Below, one piece after another: positions 51,301 to 60,229 of a DNA stretch of 64,000 nt. Location: assembly GCF_006345805.1 (NCBI RefSeq), contig NC_043014.1:34968001-35032000 (forward strand), in the 5' to 3' direction. Source of the stretch: Octopus sinensis (taxonomy: Eukaryota). Position numbers and translations under genes: made by a program. The notes beneath the pieces were generated by a model that saw only the letters and a program-made list of their open reading frames with translations, searched no databases and had not been told where the DNA came from. Every line of letters begins with the position of its first letter. The first letter of the stretch is position 1.

Positions 51301-52200
51301 CTTTTGCTATTATTAATCAAATAGTTAACCAGTTAACTAATCGATAGTTTGACTAATCTTTTGTCAAAAAGTTTTAGTCGCCATTCACGTTATCAATGAC
51401 TTACTTGCTCTCTTCTACTTGGGACCTACCTGACCCTCCCGAAGTAAAAAAGAAAAAAAAACCTGTTTCAATATACAAGTTCATATCAAGAATCTTGCGA
51501 ACTAAATTTTTAAAAATAATAATAATAATATAAACATTTCTGATAGTTTTTAAACAAATCTTTATGATAGCCAATATTATGAAGGAATTTAAAAGACACC
51601 TTGTGATCGGAGAAAAAGCAAAATCTGAACAATGTAACGAAGTTTTAAAAAATATAGTGCGTGTGTTTGTTTAGCAGAAAAGAAATAATGTTAACTTTTT
51701 CCTCTTGATTTCTTAATCACTTATTTTGATTATCATTTAATTCTGGCACAAAACGAAAGAATGCCAATTATTTTACCAATAGAAACTTTCCTTTCGCTTA
51801 CATTAAAAATAAGGTGAAATAATTTGGAATACTGAACAGGAGGAACAGGTGGTTTATTTTTTTTTAATGTCTATCATGGCATATAGTCTCCTTCCTAATT
51901 ATGTGAGGTTGGTTCAGGTACACAAAATAATAAACAAAAGCTAATATCGCAAGTACTAATCATATTTGCACTTCCTTAATATATATAAAAGTTTATTTAA
52001 GTCATCACCAACATAAACCCATTTTTTTTATGTTAACATTATAATTTTACGTAAACATTATGAGTTCAAAGAAAACAAAATACTTTTTTGTATCAATAAA
52101 TGACCGACTGTAAAGTATTGAAATAATTTCGGAACTTTGACTTACTTGTATTGATGAAAATTGTAGAAAAGAAAAGTAAAATCAGATTAAAATGTGACAT
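30893..52200 (-). CDS. Lachesin/IgLON-like GPI-anchored three-Ig cell-adhesion protein, 379 aa: complement join(30893..31029,34425..34652,36323..36524,40579..40739,41712..41961,46881..46987,52146..52200)
   Basis: Seven exons total 1140 nt with GT-AG introns and consistent phases (1,0,1,0,1,1). Signal peptide MSHFNLILLFFSTIFINTSYG. Ig motifs LNCTV..VTW..DDAGRYIC, LMCNSSGIPSPNITW..EDQGVYRCVADN and LECKVSSYPDAVLSW..NDYGTYYCVGAN. C-terminal ETAECQGPNCP followed by a hydrophobic GPI-type signal. Confidence 0.88.
31271..31515 (+). mobile_element. tRNA-derived SINE family C; related heads at ~33455, ~49385 and ~18600(-)
   Basis: GGCGCGTGGCTTAGTGGTTAG head, B-box-like segment, AATA tail. Confidence 0.7.
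31735..32405 (-). repeat. SINE-like repeat with (GAT)n tail and an expanded ~60-bp internal minisatellite (about 8 units, 31915-32405)
   Basis: Unit GATGGTGCTTTTACGTGCCACCGACACGGGGCCAGACAGAGCTGGCAAACGGCCACGAACG. The same family recurs at ~4830, 8500, 17470, 22350, 39000, 39850, 50350, 53690 and 62570. Confidence 0.85.
33998..34340 (+). mobile_element. CR1-clade LINE 3' end, same family as 12570-13175
   Basis: Near-identical to the reverse complement of 12570-12920, with an ATT tail. Confidence 0.8.
34425..34652 (-). CDS. Lachesin-like exon 6 (YPDAVLSWYK...NVQANDYGTYYCVGANTEG..IILF)
   Basis: attttcAG acceptor, G|GTAAGC donor, third Ig DYGxYxC motif. Confidence 0.92.
35099..35465. mobile_element. 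Non-autonomous Helitron/Helentron-like element
   Basis: Terminal palindrome TAGCACTATGACC-cggtaacgcca-GGTCATAGTGCTA with the same ggtaacgcc-type hairpin as the other Helitron ends. Confidence 0.45.
36323..36524 (-). CDS. Lachesin-like exon 5 (NPVLKLTNVRSEDQGVYRCVADNTVRPP...VGQAQN...LECKVS)
   Basis: tttctttaaaAG acceptor, T|GTAAGT donor. The VGQA and LEC segments are lachesin-like. Confidence 0.92.
36600..37559. repeat. 80-bp minisatellite, 12 copies
   Basis: GAAAACTATA recurs exactly every 80 bp from 36601 to 37481. Confidence 0.97.
38486..38960. repeat. ~157-bp tandem repeat, 3 copies
   Basis: CATTATAGGTGTCTACTC starts at 38491, 38648 and 38805. Confidence 0.9.
40579..40739 (-). CDS. Lachesin-like exon 4 (PPKISLS...LMCNSSGIPSPNITWVRTNGELLP..NK)
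   Basis: T-tract plus ctctAG acceptor, AAA|GTAAGT donor, Ig CxxxGxPxPxITW motif. Confidence 0.92.
41712..41961 (-). CDS. Lachesin-like exon 3 (VTWSFSNS...FTLIVRFLQEDDAGRYICSIE...GFITVL)
   Basis: tcttcatAG acceptor, T|GTAAAT donor, V-type Ig DxGxYxC motif. Missed by the ORF track. Confidence 0.9.
42680..43580 (+). mobile_element. Degenerate RTE LINE RT/C-terminal fragment
   Basis: HQGSVL..PWELLYADDL..WKLGLESKGL and LLHGSETW motifs. Confidence 0.8.
44000..46450 (-). mobile_element. Cluster of degenerate RTE LINE fragments
   Basis: AFVDMMKAFDRVP, GVHQGSVL, GVPQGSVLSPLLF, YADDLALIA and GRDRPRKTW in several ORFs. Confidence 0.85.
46881..46987 (-). CDS. Lachesin-like exon 2 (YGQEPSIVDDILPDIKRIGETGMLNCTVARLGTNA)
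   Basis: ttcctctctgcAG acceptor, GCG|GTAAGA donor, first Ig cysteine. Confidence 0.88.
48419..48822. mobile_element. Monomeric copy of the same MITE family
   Basis: TIRs (A/G)GATCTTTT.GGTTTG.AC.GCAGTTTTT. Flanks CAGAAGAC and CACAAGAC (7/8 match). Body matches the 13.8-kb arms. Confidence 0.8.
52146..52200 (-). CDS. Lachesin-like exon 1 (signal peptide MSHFNLILLFFSTIFINT-S)
   Basis: ATG at 52200, hydrophobic core, A|GTAAGT donor in the phase needed by the next exon. Confidence 0.78.
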
Positions 52201-52326
52201 ATTTCTCTGGCAAGTAAAACGACGTTTTCTCACATTACAAATGAAGTACACTAATGGCTGTTATTGGATTAAGAGCGAAGAGTCGAGAAAATGTCACCAG
52301 GTATGCAGTTACCTGTATATCTCCTT

Positions 52327-52334
52327 TGACGTCA
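52327..52334. promoter_or_regulatory. Perfect CRE palindrome TGACGTCA upstream of the lachesin-like ATG
   Basis: Exact 8-mer 127 bp upstream of the start codon, in repeat-free and relatively CpG-retaining sequence. Confidence 0.35.
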
Positions 52335-52849
52335 CATTCATATGACCTCAATTAACCATACCTTGCCGTTGACTCACAACGCCTTTGCTCCTATTTCCGA
52401 CTTGGAGAAGTTTTCATCTAAAGGCATGATTTTCCTTGCAATTTTTAAAATATCCAAATTATTGACGGGATTAATGTGTAGTGAAAGACAAATATGAACT
52501 TAAATGGCACAAATAATTATAGGTATGAGTTTGTGTGACGGCCGTAGATTTCTTTTTTTGACACTGTACTGCGGCTAATTCTTTTGCCGTCAAAGTTAGT
52601 TCTTGATAGAACTACTTTTCGGTATCAAATTATGTAGAAATTTGTATGTGTGTGTTGTTTAAGATTGGATGATGTGATTTGAGAGATATTTAGATAATAT
52701 TTTGAAGCAGGTAATAGAAGATCCTTCGCAGGATAAAATAATTATTCATTTTTTTTAGTTTCGGAGATTTTAGCTTTCAGTTCAGTTTCGGAAATTTGAG
52801 CTTCCATTCAGTTTTGGAAGCTTGAGCTTTCCTTTCAGTTTAACACATA

Positions 52850-52972
52850 GGCGAAAGTAAAGAATACGCACACCACCTGTTTTCAGCGTTTATAGTTAGG
52901 TTTAGGGTTGTGGTTACGTTTAGGGTAGGGTTACGCCGAAAACGAGTGGTGAGCGTATTCTTTACCTCAGCC
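52850..52972. mobile_element. 123-bp MITE with GG termini, 8-bp TSD and telomere-like core
   Basis: ~39-bp imperfect TIRs GGC(GAAA/TGAG)GTAAAGAATACGC.CACCAC. Flanks AACACATA and AACACATG. Core of TTAGG/TTAGGG variants. Confidence 0.7.
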
Positions 52973-54519
52973 AACACATGAATATTAATTTCATACAAAC
53001 GAACAAAATTTTTGAACAATGTTCAGCTACCATAATTTTAAGCAAATCAATGTACTTTTGTATTCCTTCTTTGGAAACGTTAACTCCTGAAGGAGACGCG
53101 GAAGCATTGTCATAAAACACAATATGTTGTCTAGGGAATTTTAAACCAATTCATTTCCAGGTCTGGACATCACTGATTTCTTCCAGAGAGAGAGAGAGAT
53201 GATGGGATCAACTCCAGTGGTGAACTACAAAGGGTCCGATAACAGAAGGTGCACTTGTACACCCTAAAATTTTGTAGGGTTGCAAAATCAATATTGACCT
53301 TTCCCAAGCTTAGAAAATAGTGTTTAAAAATAGATCTGTAAAAAAAGTTGCTTGAAGTTAAATTTCTTTACAAAATAAGAACAACAACTAAAACAAACAA
53401 AAAGATCTCACCCAATCCCTCGAAAGATATATTACTGAACTGAATCATCCTCAACATTAGAATTAAAATTTTATATACATATATATCCCGTCCATAAAGG
53501 ATTTAGTTTTATGGCGTCTCGTTAGATCCCACAAACCTGTTGGCCCATGACCTCTTCAAAATATGAAAGGAGTATTTTGAAGAGGTCACGGGCTAACAGG
53601 TTTGTGGGATCTGATGTTACGTAAGGTAATGCCATAAACTGGCCTTAACCATTTTTAATATATAACGGACGTTAAACGATGATGATGATGATATATAACA
53701 TGCAGCTGTGATACCAGTGCCGGTGGTACGTAAGAGAACCATCCGAACGTTGCCAGCGTTGCCCTGACTGGCCTCGTGCCGGTGGCACATAAAAAGCACC
53801 ATCCGATCGTGGCTGTTGCCAGCCTCGCCTGGCCCCCGTGCCAGTGGCACGTAAAAAGCACCCACTTCACTCACGGAGTGGTTGGCGTTAGGAAGGGCAT
53901 CCAGCCGTAGAAACACTGCCAGATCAGACTGGGCCTGGTGCAGCCACCTGGCTTCCCAGACCCCAGTTGAACCGTCTAACCCATGCTAGCATGGAAAGTG
54001 GACGCTAAACCATGATGATGATAGGAGAAGAAAACGGATGTAATAACAAGGGGAAACTCGTCATTTTCTCTGGTATGCCTTTAATTTAATTAGAAAACAA
54101 AGAAGGAATCTAATTATATTAAAGGTATACCAGCGAAAATGATGAGTCTCCCCTTGTTATTATACCCATTTTCTCCTATATAACCTAAACTATGGTCTAC
54201 CAACCGAACCACCTGCTACCGTACAACTTTATAAAAGACTGTACCACAATCAAGAGCCCTTCACAGTCTCAATATCCATTTCCTCAAATTCCTCTGAATG
54301 CCATTACTGACTCATCATCATTGCCATCATGTTCTACTGCTATTACCCTTACCACAATAACAACAACAAAATCAGCATTGTAAGTCACTCTTTGATACTA
54401 GAACAATTGACGACATATTAAATGACACAGTCTCTAGCTCTTCTCCATAGTCAGCCCACTCAAATTCTTCTCAGGATAACACAACAGATCCATCATTGCC
54501 ATTGTCATCCTATTCTACT

Positions 54520-54640
54520 GCTACTGCCATTACCACCACCACCACCACCACCACCACCACCACTACTATTACCACTACCACCACCACCACCACCACTTCT
54601 ACTACTACTACTACTACTACTACTACTGCTACTACTACTA
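54520..54640. repeat. (CCA)n/(CTA)n microsatellite
   Basis: Directly visible. Explains the polyP/polyL ORF. Confidence 0.9.
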
Positions 54641-56589
54641 CAGTACTCCCACTGTCCACCTCAATCTGATTGTATACTTAATGGCTCCATGATAAATCTG
54701 CCAACTGTAAATAAAGTAACATTATGAACACAGGAAATCCAAAAAGATGCTGTTCTTCTCAACATGAGAAACTATGCATACACAGTGACTGTAGCTTCAC
54801 CCATTTACTTAGGACAAGATGCACAATTCATACAAGCAGTAGACTGGTGGATTACAACACAGAACAAGATGCCTTGTAGTATTTGTACTTTACAATCTGA
54901 GTTCAAATTGCTGCCCTGCCAACTGTTATCTACTTATGTAGTAGACTTAAAACATTACTTGGTTTAACACTGCTACTCGATCTTTCGGTACCTTTAGCAG
55001 AGTTTACACAGGATTCTGATCTAAGAATACTTTCTTATTCCAACCTTATTTTGAATGTTCTGCAGAAGGCCATGGATACAACACTTGCTCTTAACTTTTG
55101 CGATTAAATCTCCTACTCTATCAAACCTGATACTGATGTTCTAATAAATTCTGTTTTTATTATCAGTTTCTTACAATATGATAAATCAGAAGCTATTCTA
55201 ATTGGTCACAATTTACTATAACAAAGTTGGTGTTCATTGGTATAACCTGGAATTTGTTGATATTTATGTTAATTACTATTTATCTAGCAGTATTATTAAT
55301 CTCCATGTATCTAGCAATATTATTAATTCTGTTAGTCTTATCTTGCATATAGTATTAACTTGAAAAGTGTTGATGGTAAACTCATCTGAAAATCCAAGTA
55401 TTTTAATTGGATAAAGGGAAGGTTCAGTGGAAACAGTGAAGTTAAACGATGTTAAAATGAAATGTGTTCTAAAACAATTTTTGTAATTTGGAATGTCTTT
55501 GACATCATCTTGATGTAGTAAATTGACTTTAATCAGTGAAAAAGCTTTATGTGCAAAGGATCCCCAACTTTGCTGAGGAAGCAACATAGAGTAACATACA
55601 ATGGACCATGTGTGAACACTGTTGTAGGGAGCCTTGCTCTTTTCTTTCATTTATTGATACAATGAGTATTAGGGAATTAATGCTATCTTAAAATGAAGGA
55701 CAAATACTGTACTAATAACTTAACTGATAGCTAATCACCATACATAGTTGGAATAACTGTCTGCTTGGATAAACCAGGGACCTTGTCTTTGGTCGCCCTT
55801 CATAATGTCAACTATTTTACAGTGTGTTGGATGTATTTTATTATGGCACCAACACTAGTGATGTTGTCATGTCTTCAACAAACTAAAGAGCCCTCTTGAC
55901 TCCATGTTGTTACATTTATCAGCAATTTACTGAGTGTGCTGGACTCCTTTTGATCACGACACCAGCCCCTATGAGGCTATCTTGTTCCCTACAAAACTAG
56001 AGTTCTCATTACTCTATATTGTTCAAGAGGGTGAATAGAAATGCGAATGTGCAACCTTGCTTTAGTATCATGGGAAGAATTCTTAAAGTTTGTTGCTGAT
56101 CTATTTGCAGTTGGATGATTATACCAAAGAATTGGGGAAGAACTAGTTATTCCTGGATTTGCCACAGACCTTTCCTGTTCACAGAATTGAAAACTTTGAT
56201 AAGGTTGACAAGCATCAACTACAAAACTCTGTTTTGTCTCTACATTTCTCTTGAAGCTGCCTGGGAACAAGACTTGTTATGCACTTGTCTCTGACCACCC
56301 TTCTGTGTGAATTTTGAGTCATGGTTTACCTATGGTCACAACCTATAACTTCTTTAACTCTTTAACATTCAGGTTTCTTTGCCTATTGTATAGCTAATTT
56401 ATTGATATTGCTTTGAATTAATCATGCATTATCTTGTTGCTTTGAGATTTCAACAATGTGATTGTTTACTTTTAGAATGACATTGTAGGGTAGGTGTGAG
56501 AGGCTGGATCCGGTCACTTTGAACATAAAATAATTAGAATATTAGGACTGGATATTGCCAGTTTAAATGCTAAAGGGTTAATGCTTCTA

Positions 56590-57060
56590 CCAGGGCTGCT
56601 TCTGTGCTATCTCTAATATTCATTGGAATAACTTTGTCATCAACATTGAAGTCACCTGTATCAAGGGTATGCTGTTAAAAATGCAACTGTGCTGGGTAGG
56701 GTACATTTTCGACATGAAGAATCACTGCATATCCAAGATTATACTGTATGGTAAACTTGCCACAAGTCACCATTACAGAGGGGTAATGAAGAAGAGGTAC
56801 AGTGATTCTTTGAAGAAATTTCTTAATGCCTGCCACACTGACCTTCACTACTGGATCATAACCCTTCGATCATAAGTTCTATTGAAATACCATTTTCCAA
56901 ACAGTTTCCTCTTTGAGGATGCAAGAAGCGCTTTCCTTCAGGTAAAATAATAAGTAAGTAAATAAATGAAGAAAGAACTGTAATGTAGCAACACTGAACC
57001 AAAGTTAGAATTTTCCTTGTGGTTTGCAACCTAGCCTTCATGTCCTACACAAGTCTCCTC
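56590..57060 (+). mobile_element. Degenerate RTE-type LINE 3' fragment
   Basis: QLCWVGYIFDM...KIILYGKL..RGVMKKRYSDSLKK resembles an RTE C-terminus. Confidence 0.6.
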
Positions 57061-57420
57061 AGCTCCCATTAAACTTGCAATAGTTGTAGACAGGCTGCTT
57101 CTGGATTCTTTGTTTGTGAAGCCATTATGATTACAAATACACACGTCTTGCCAGTTACTTGGTTACCTTATTGGTGCTGGTGCCACATAAAAAGCACCTA
57201 GTATTCTCTGTAAAGTGGTTGTTGTTAGGAAGGGCATCCAGACATGAAAAATCATGCCAAAGTAGACACTGGAGCTTGGTGCAGTTCTCCAGCTCACGTC
57301 AAGCTGTTCAACCTATGCCAGCATTGAAAACGGACTTTAAAGTGTGATGATGATGGTATATACATAAAAACTCTACACATACAGATGTCTTGCAAACAAC
57401 TTGCACATGCAAGTGCTACC

Positions 57421-57963
57421 AGTTAAAAGCTCCGTATACCGGAAGCTAGCAAGTGTATGGGGTCATCAGGAGAGAATGCGTGCCGTTTCGGGGCCTACCT
57501 CTCGACGGTATCAATGCCCACCGGCCCCCCTCACTGATATTAGGCCCCGCTTGCTAGATCAGCTGGTTATGAAGTTAAACTCAATATACTTCTAGCCATC
57601 GCTCATCGTCTCTTTTTAACCAAATCCAGTGGCTAGCCTTCTCCACTGTAGATTGGATATCAGTCATGGTGGTATTGACTTTACGATGAGTTAGGCCTAG
57701 CGATAACAACAGTCGTCTCACGCTGTGTCCAACAAACCCTCTACATCTGACTTTGATAGGAAAATGTTCCGCTTTCCAGCCAGCGTTTTCACATTCCTCG
57801 AGGAGGTTTTCATAACGGTTCAATTTTCGAGCCCGAGCGGCGTCCATATTATCTTCATGAGGAACTGTTAGCTCGACTATATTTACAACTTTCTTTCTTT
57901 CACACCACATCAAAATATCTGGTTTTTTCGTAACTGGGATGGGAAAGAAAACCTGGCACCCAG
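57421..57963 (-). mobile_element. 5'-truncated non-LTR retrotransposon with restriction-like endonuclease (HERO/R4/NeSL-like): REL domain plus 3' UTR
   Basis: KKPDILMW..KKVVNIVELTVPHEDNM..ARARKLNRYENL..GWKAEHFPIKVRCRGF..ASHWIWLKR (ORF 57581..57913) fits the PD..ELTVP.E REL signature. Confidence 0.85.
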
Positions 57964-58349
57964 GTAAATCTTTTATCTTCTAACAAGCAAAAATGCTAGT
58001 TCTAAAATCTAAGAGATCAACACAGTAGTTGTACTAACAAGTAATGTTCATAGCAACTTCAACATGGCTGTCTGTTTGAACAGATTTAACTGCAATTTTT
58101 TAACTCCAAGAGGACATCTCTTCTAGCTAGTTAATGATGTACAGCTGCATTTGATATATTGTGAGCAGGGAAGTGAATCCCTACCTCCTTCTAGTGAAGG
58201 GGCCAGCAGACCAGCCTGGTTTCGGGCTATTTCTGTCTCTCTTCACTACTGATTTTTGCTTGTTGCAAAATCAGCAACGGTGTGTCACTTGAAATTATAT
58301 ATATCATGAGCAGAAGCGAGCTACTGCCATCTCTAGCAGACAAGGCGTC

Positions 58350-58397
58350 CAGTACTGAAGAGAAGCAGAAATAGCCTGAAACCAGGCTGGTCTGCTA
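58350..58397 (+). ncRNA. Type I hammerhead ribozyme, second copy in tandem unit
   Basis: CAGTA-CTGAAGA-GAAGC-AGAAATA-GCCT-GAAA-CCAGGCTGG-TC-TGCTA. Core intact, stems I and II slightly weakened. Confidence 0.75.
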
Positions 58398-58426
58398 GTC
58401 CCGTTGCTAGAAGGTGGTAAGAGTTT

Positions 58427-58645
58427 GGTGTTGAGCTGGCAGAATCGTTAGCACGCGGGCGAAATGCGTAGCCGTTTTTCGTCCGCCTTTACGTTCTGAG
58501 TTCAAATTCCGCTGAGGTCGACTTTGCCTTTCATCCTTTCGGGGTCGATAAATTAAGTACCAGTTACACAGTGTGGTTGATATAATTGACTTAATCCGTT
58601 TGTCTGTCCTCTCTGTCTTTAGCCCCTTGTGGATAGTAAAGAAAG
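58427..58645 (+). mobile_element. SINE family B inserted into the HHR repeat with a 15-bp TSD; other copies at ~222-430, 3150-3595, 11845-12250, 35550-35760(-), 43800-44005(-), 59525-59750(-)
   Basis: TSD AGGTGGTAAGAGTTT at 58412-58426 and 58646-58660. B-box GAGTTCAAATTCC. Core GCCTTTCATCCTTTCGGGGTCGATAAATTAAGTACC (Nin/Deu-domain-like, from memory). Confidence 0.85.
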
Positions 58646-58940
58646 AGGTGGTAAGAGTTTGCCTCCCTGCTTGCAATATATCGGATGCTGCTGTACCTCA
58701 TTAACCAGCTAGAGGAAGATGTCCTCTTGGGGTTAAAAAATTGCAGTAAAGTCCATTTGCATGGATGGCCATGTTGAAGTGGCTATGAACATTACTTGTT
58801 AGTACAACTACTGCGTTGATCTCTTAAAGGGCATTTTAGAACATTTTTGCTTGTTGCAAAATCAGCGACTGTGTATTGCTTAAAATTATATAGCATGTGA
58901 GCAGAAGCAAGTTATTGCCATCTCTAGCAGACGAGGTGTC

Positions 58941-58988
58941 CAGTACTGAAGAGAGGCAGAAATAGCCTGAAACCAGGCTGGTCTACTG
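58941..58988 (+). ncRNA. Type I hammerhead ribozyme (intact core)
   Basis: CAGTA-CTGAAGA-GAGGC-AGAAATA-GCCT-GAAA-CCAGGCTGG-TC-TACTG. Stem I CAGTA/TACTG, stem II, palindromic stem III, GUC site at 58981-58983. Confidence 0.85.
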
Positions 58989-60229
58989 AAGGTGGTAGGA
59001 GTTCACTCCCCTGCTTGCAATATATCGGATGCAACTGTGCATCGTTAACCAGCTGGAGGAGATGTCCTCTTGGGGTTAAAAAATTGCAGTAAAGTCCGTT
59101 TGAATGGACAGCCATGTTGATGTGGCTATGAACATTACCATTTGTCTTCTATCTTTTACTTGTCTCAGTCATTAGACTGTGGCCATGCTGGGGCACAAAC
59201 TTGAAAAATGATTTCTGTCAAATGAATCAACCCCAGTGCTTATTTTTTTTTTAAGCCTGGTACTTATTCAGTTGGTCTCTTTTGCTGAACTGCCAAGTTA
59301 TGGGGAATGTAAACATGCCAACACCAGTTGTCAAGCAGTGGTGGGGACAAACATATATACAAAGACATACACACACATATATACATCGAGTTTCTTTCAG
59401 TTTCCATCTATCAAATACACTCACAAGGGTTTGGTTGGCCTGAAGCTATAGTAGAAGAGACTTGCTCAAGGTGCCATGCAGTGGGACTGAACCCGGAATC
59501 TTGTTAGGAAGCAAGCTTCTTATTTCTTTATTGCCCACAAGAGGCTAAACATAGAGGGGACAAACAAGGACAGACAAAGGGATTAAGTCGATTACATTGA
59601 CCCAGTGCGTAACTGGTACTTAATTTATCGACCCCGAAAGGATGAAAGGCAAAGTCGACCTCGGCGGAATTTGAACTCAGAACGTAACGGTAGACGAAAT
59701 ACGGCTACGCATTTCACCCAGTGTGCTAGCGATTCTGTCAGCTCGCCGCCTCTTACCACAAGCTTCTTACCACATAGCCATGCCTGCACCTGTCTTCCTT
59801 ATCTAAATCATACCACATTTCCAATGCCAAAAACTCAACCACGAAATATAAACACGAGAAGTGAAACACAACACATTGATGAGAAATTTAATAAATTTAT
59901 TATTCGCTTTATTATGATTTTGGAGGAGCATCAACAGTTTTCTGTCTTACATATCAAATAATTTAGCTGCATATAGTAAGATGTGTATAGAAAAAGTCAA
60001 TATTGATCAATATTTTAGTGAAAGCTCTAACAATATTTACAATTTTTAATATGAGTATATTTGGAATGTGCCTTAAGTTTCTCCCTATAGAAACTCACCA
60101 AATATTTTAACTAATATATATATCATATAAATTGTAGCAATTACATACTAGATAATGTACACCTTTCATGCATATCATACTGACTTAAATTTAGTAGCTC
60201 AGCCTATGTTCCATTGTCTATAATTCAAA

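Larger units (their letters stand above)
57982..59137 (+). mobile_element. HHR-containing ~357-bp tandem repeat (non-LTR retrozyme or Penelope pseudo-LTR array) with an inverted copy at 57982-58251
   Basis: Direct repeats at 58252-59137 with an HHR in successive units, an inverted copy whose HHR core is mutated (GTGAAGA), and no meaningful ORF. Confidence 0.75.

Noticed and set aside
51405-51429. Possible 25-nt micro-exon of the lachesin-like gene (pyrimidine tract, CAG..GTAAGT)
   Set aside because: It would shift the frame and is not needed for the intact 379-aa model. It cannot be supported without RNA data.
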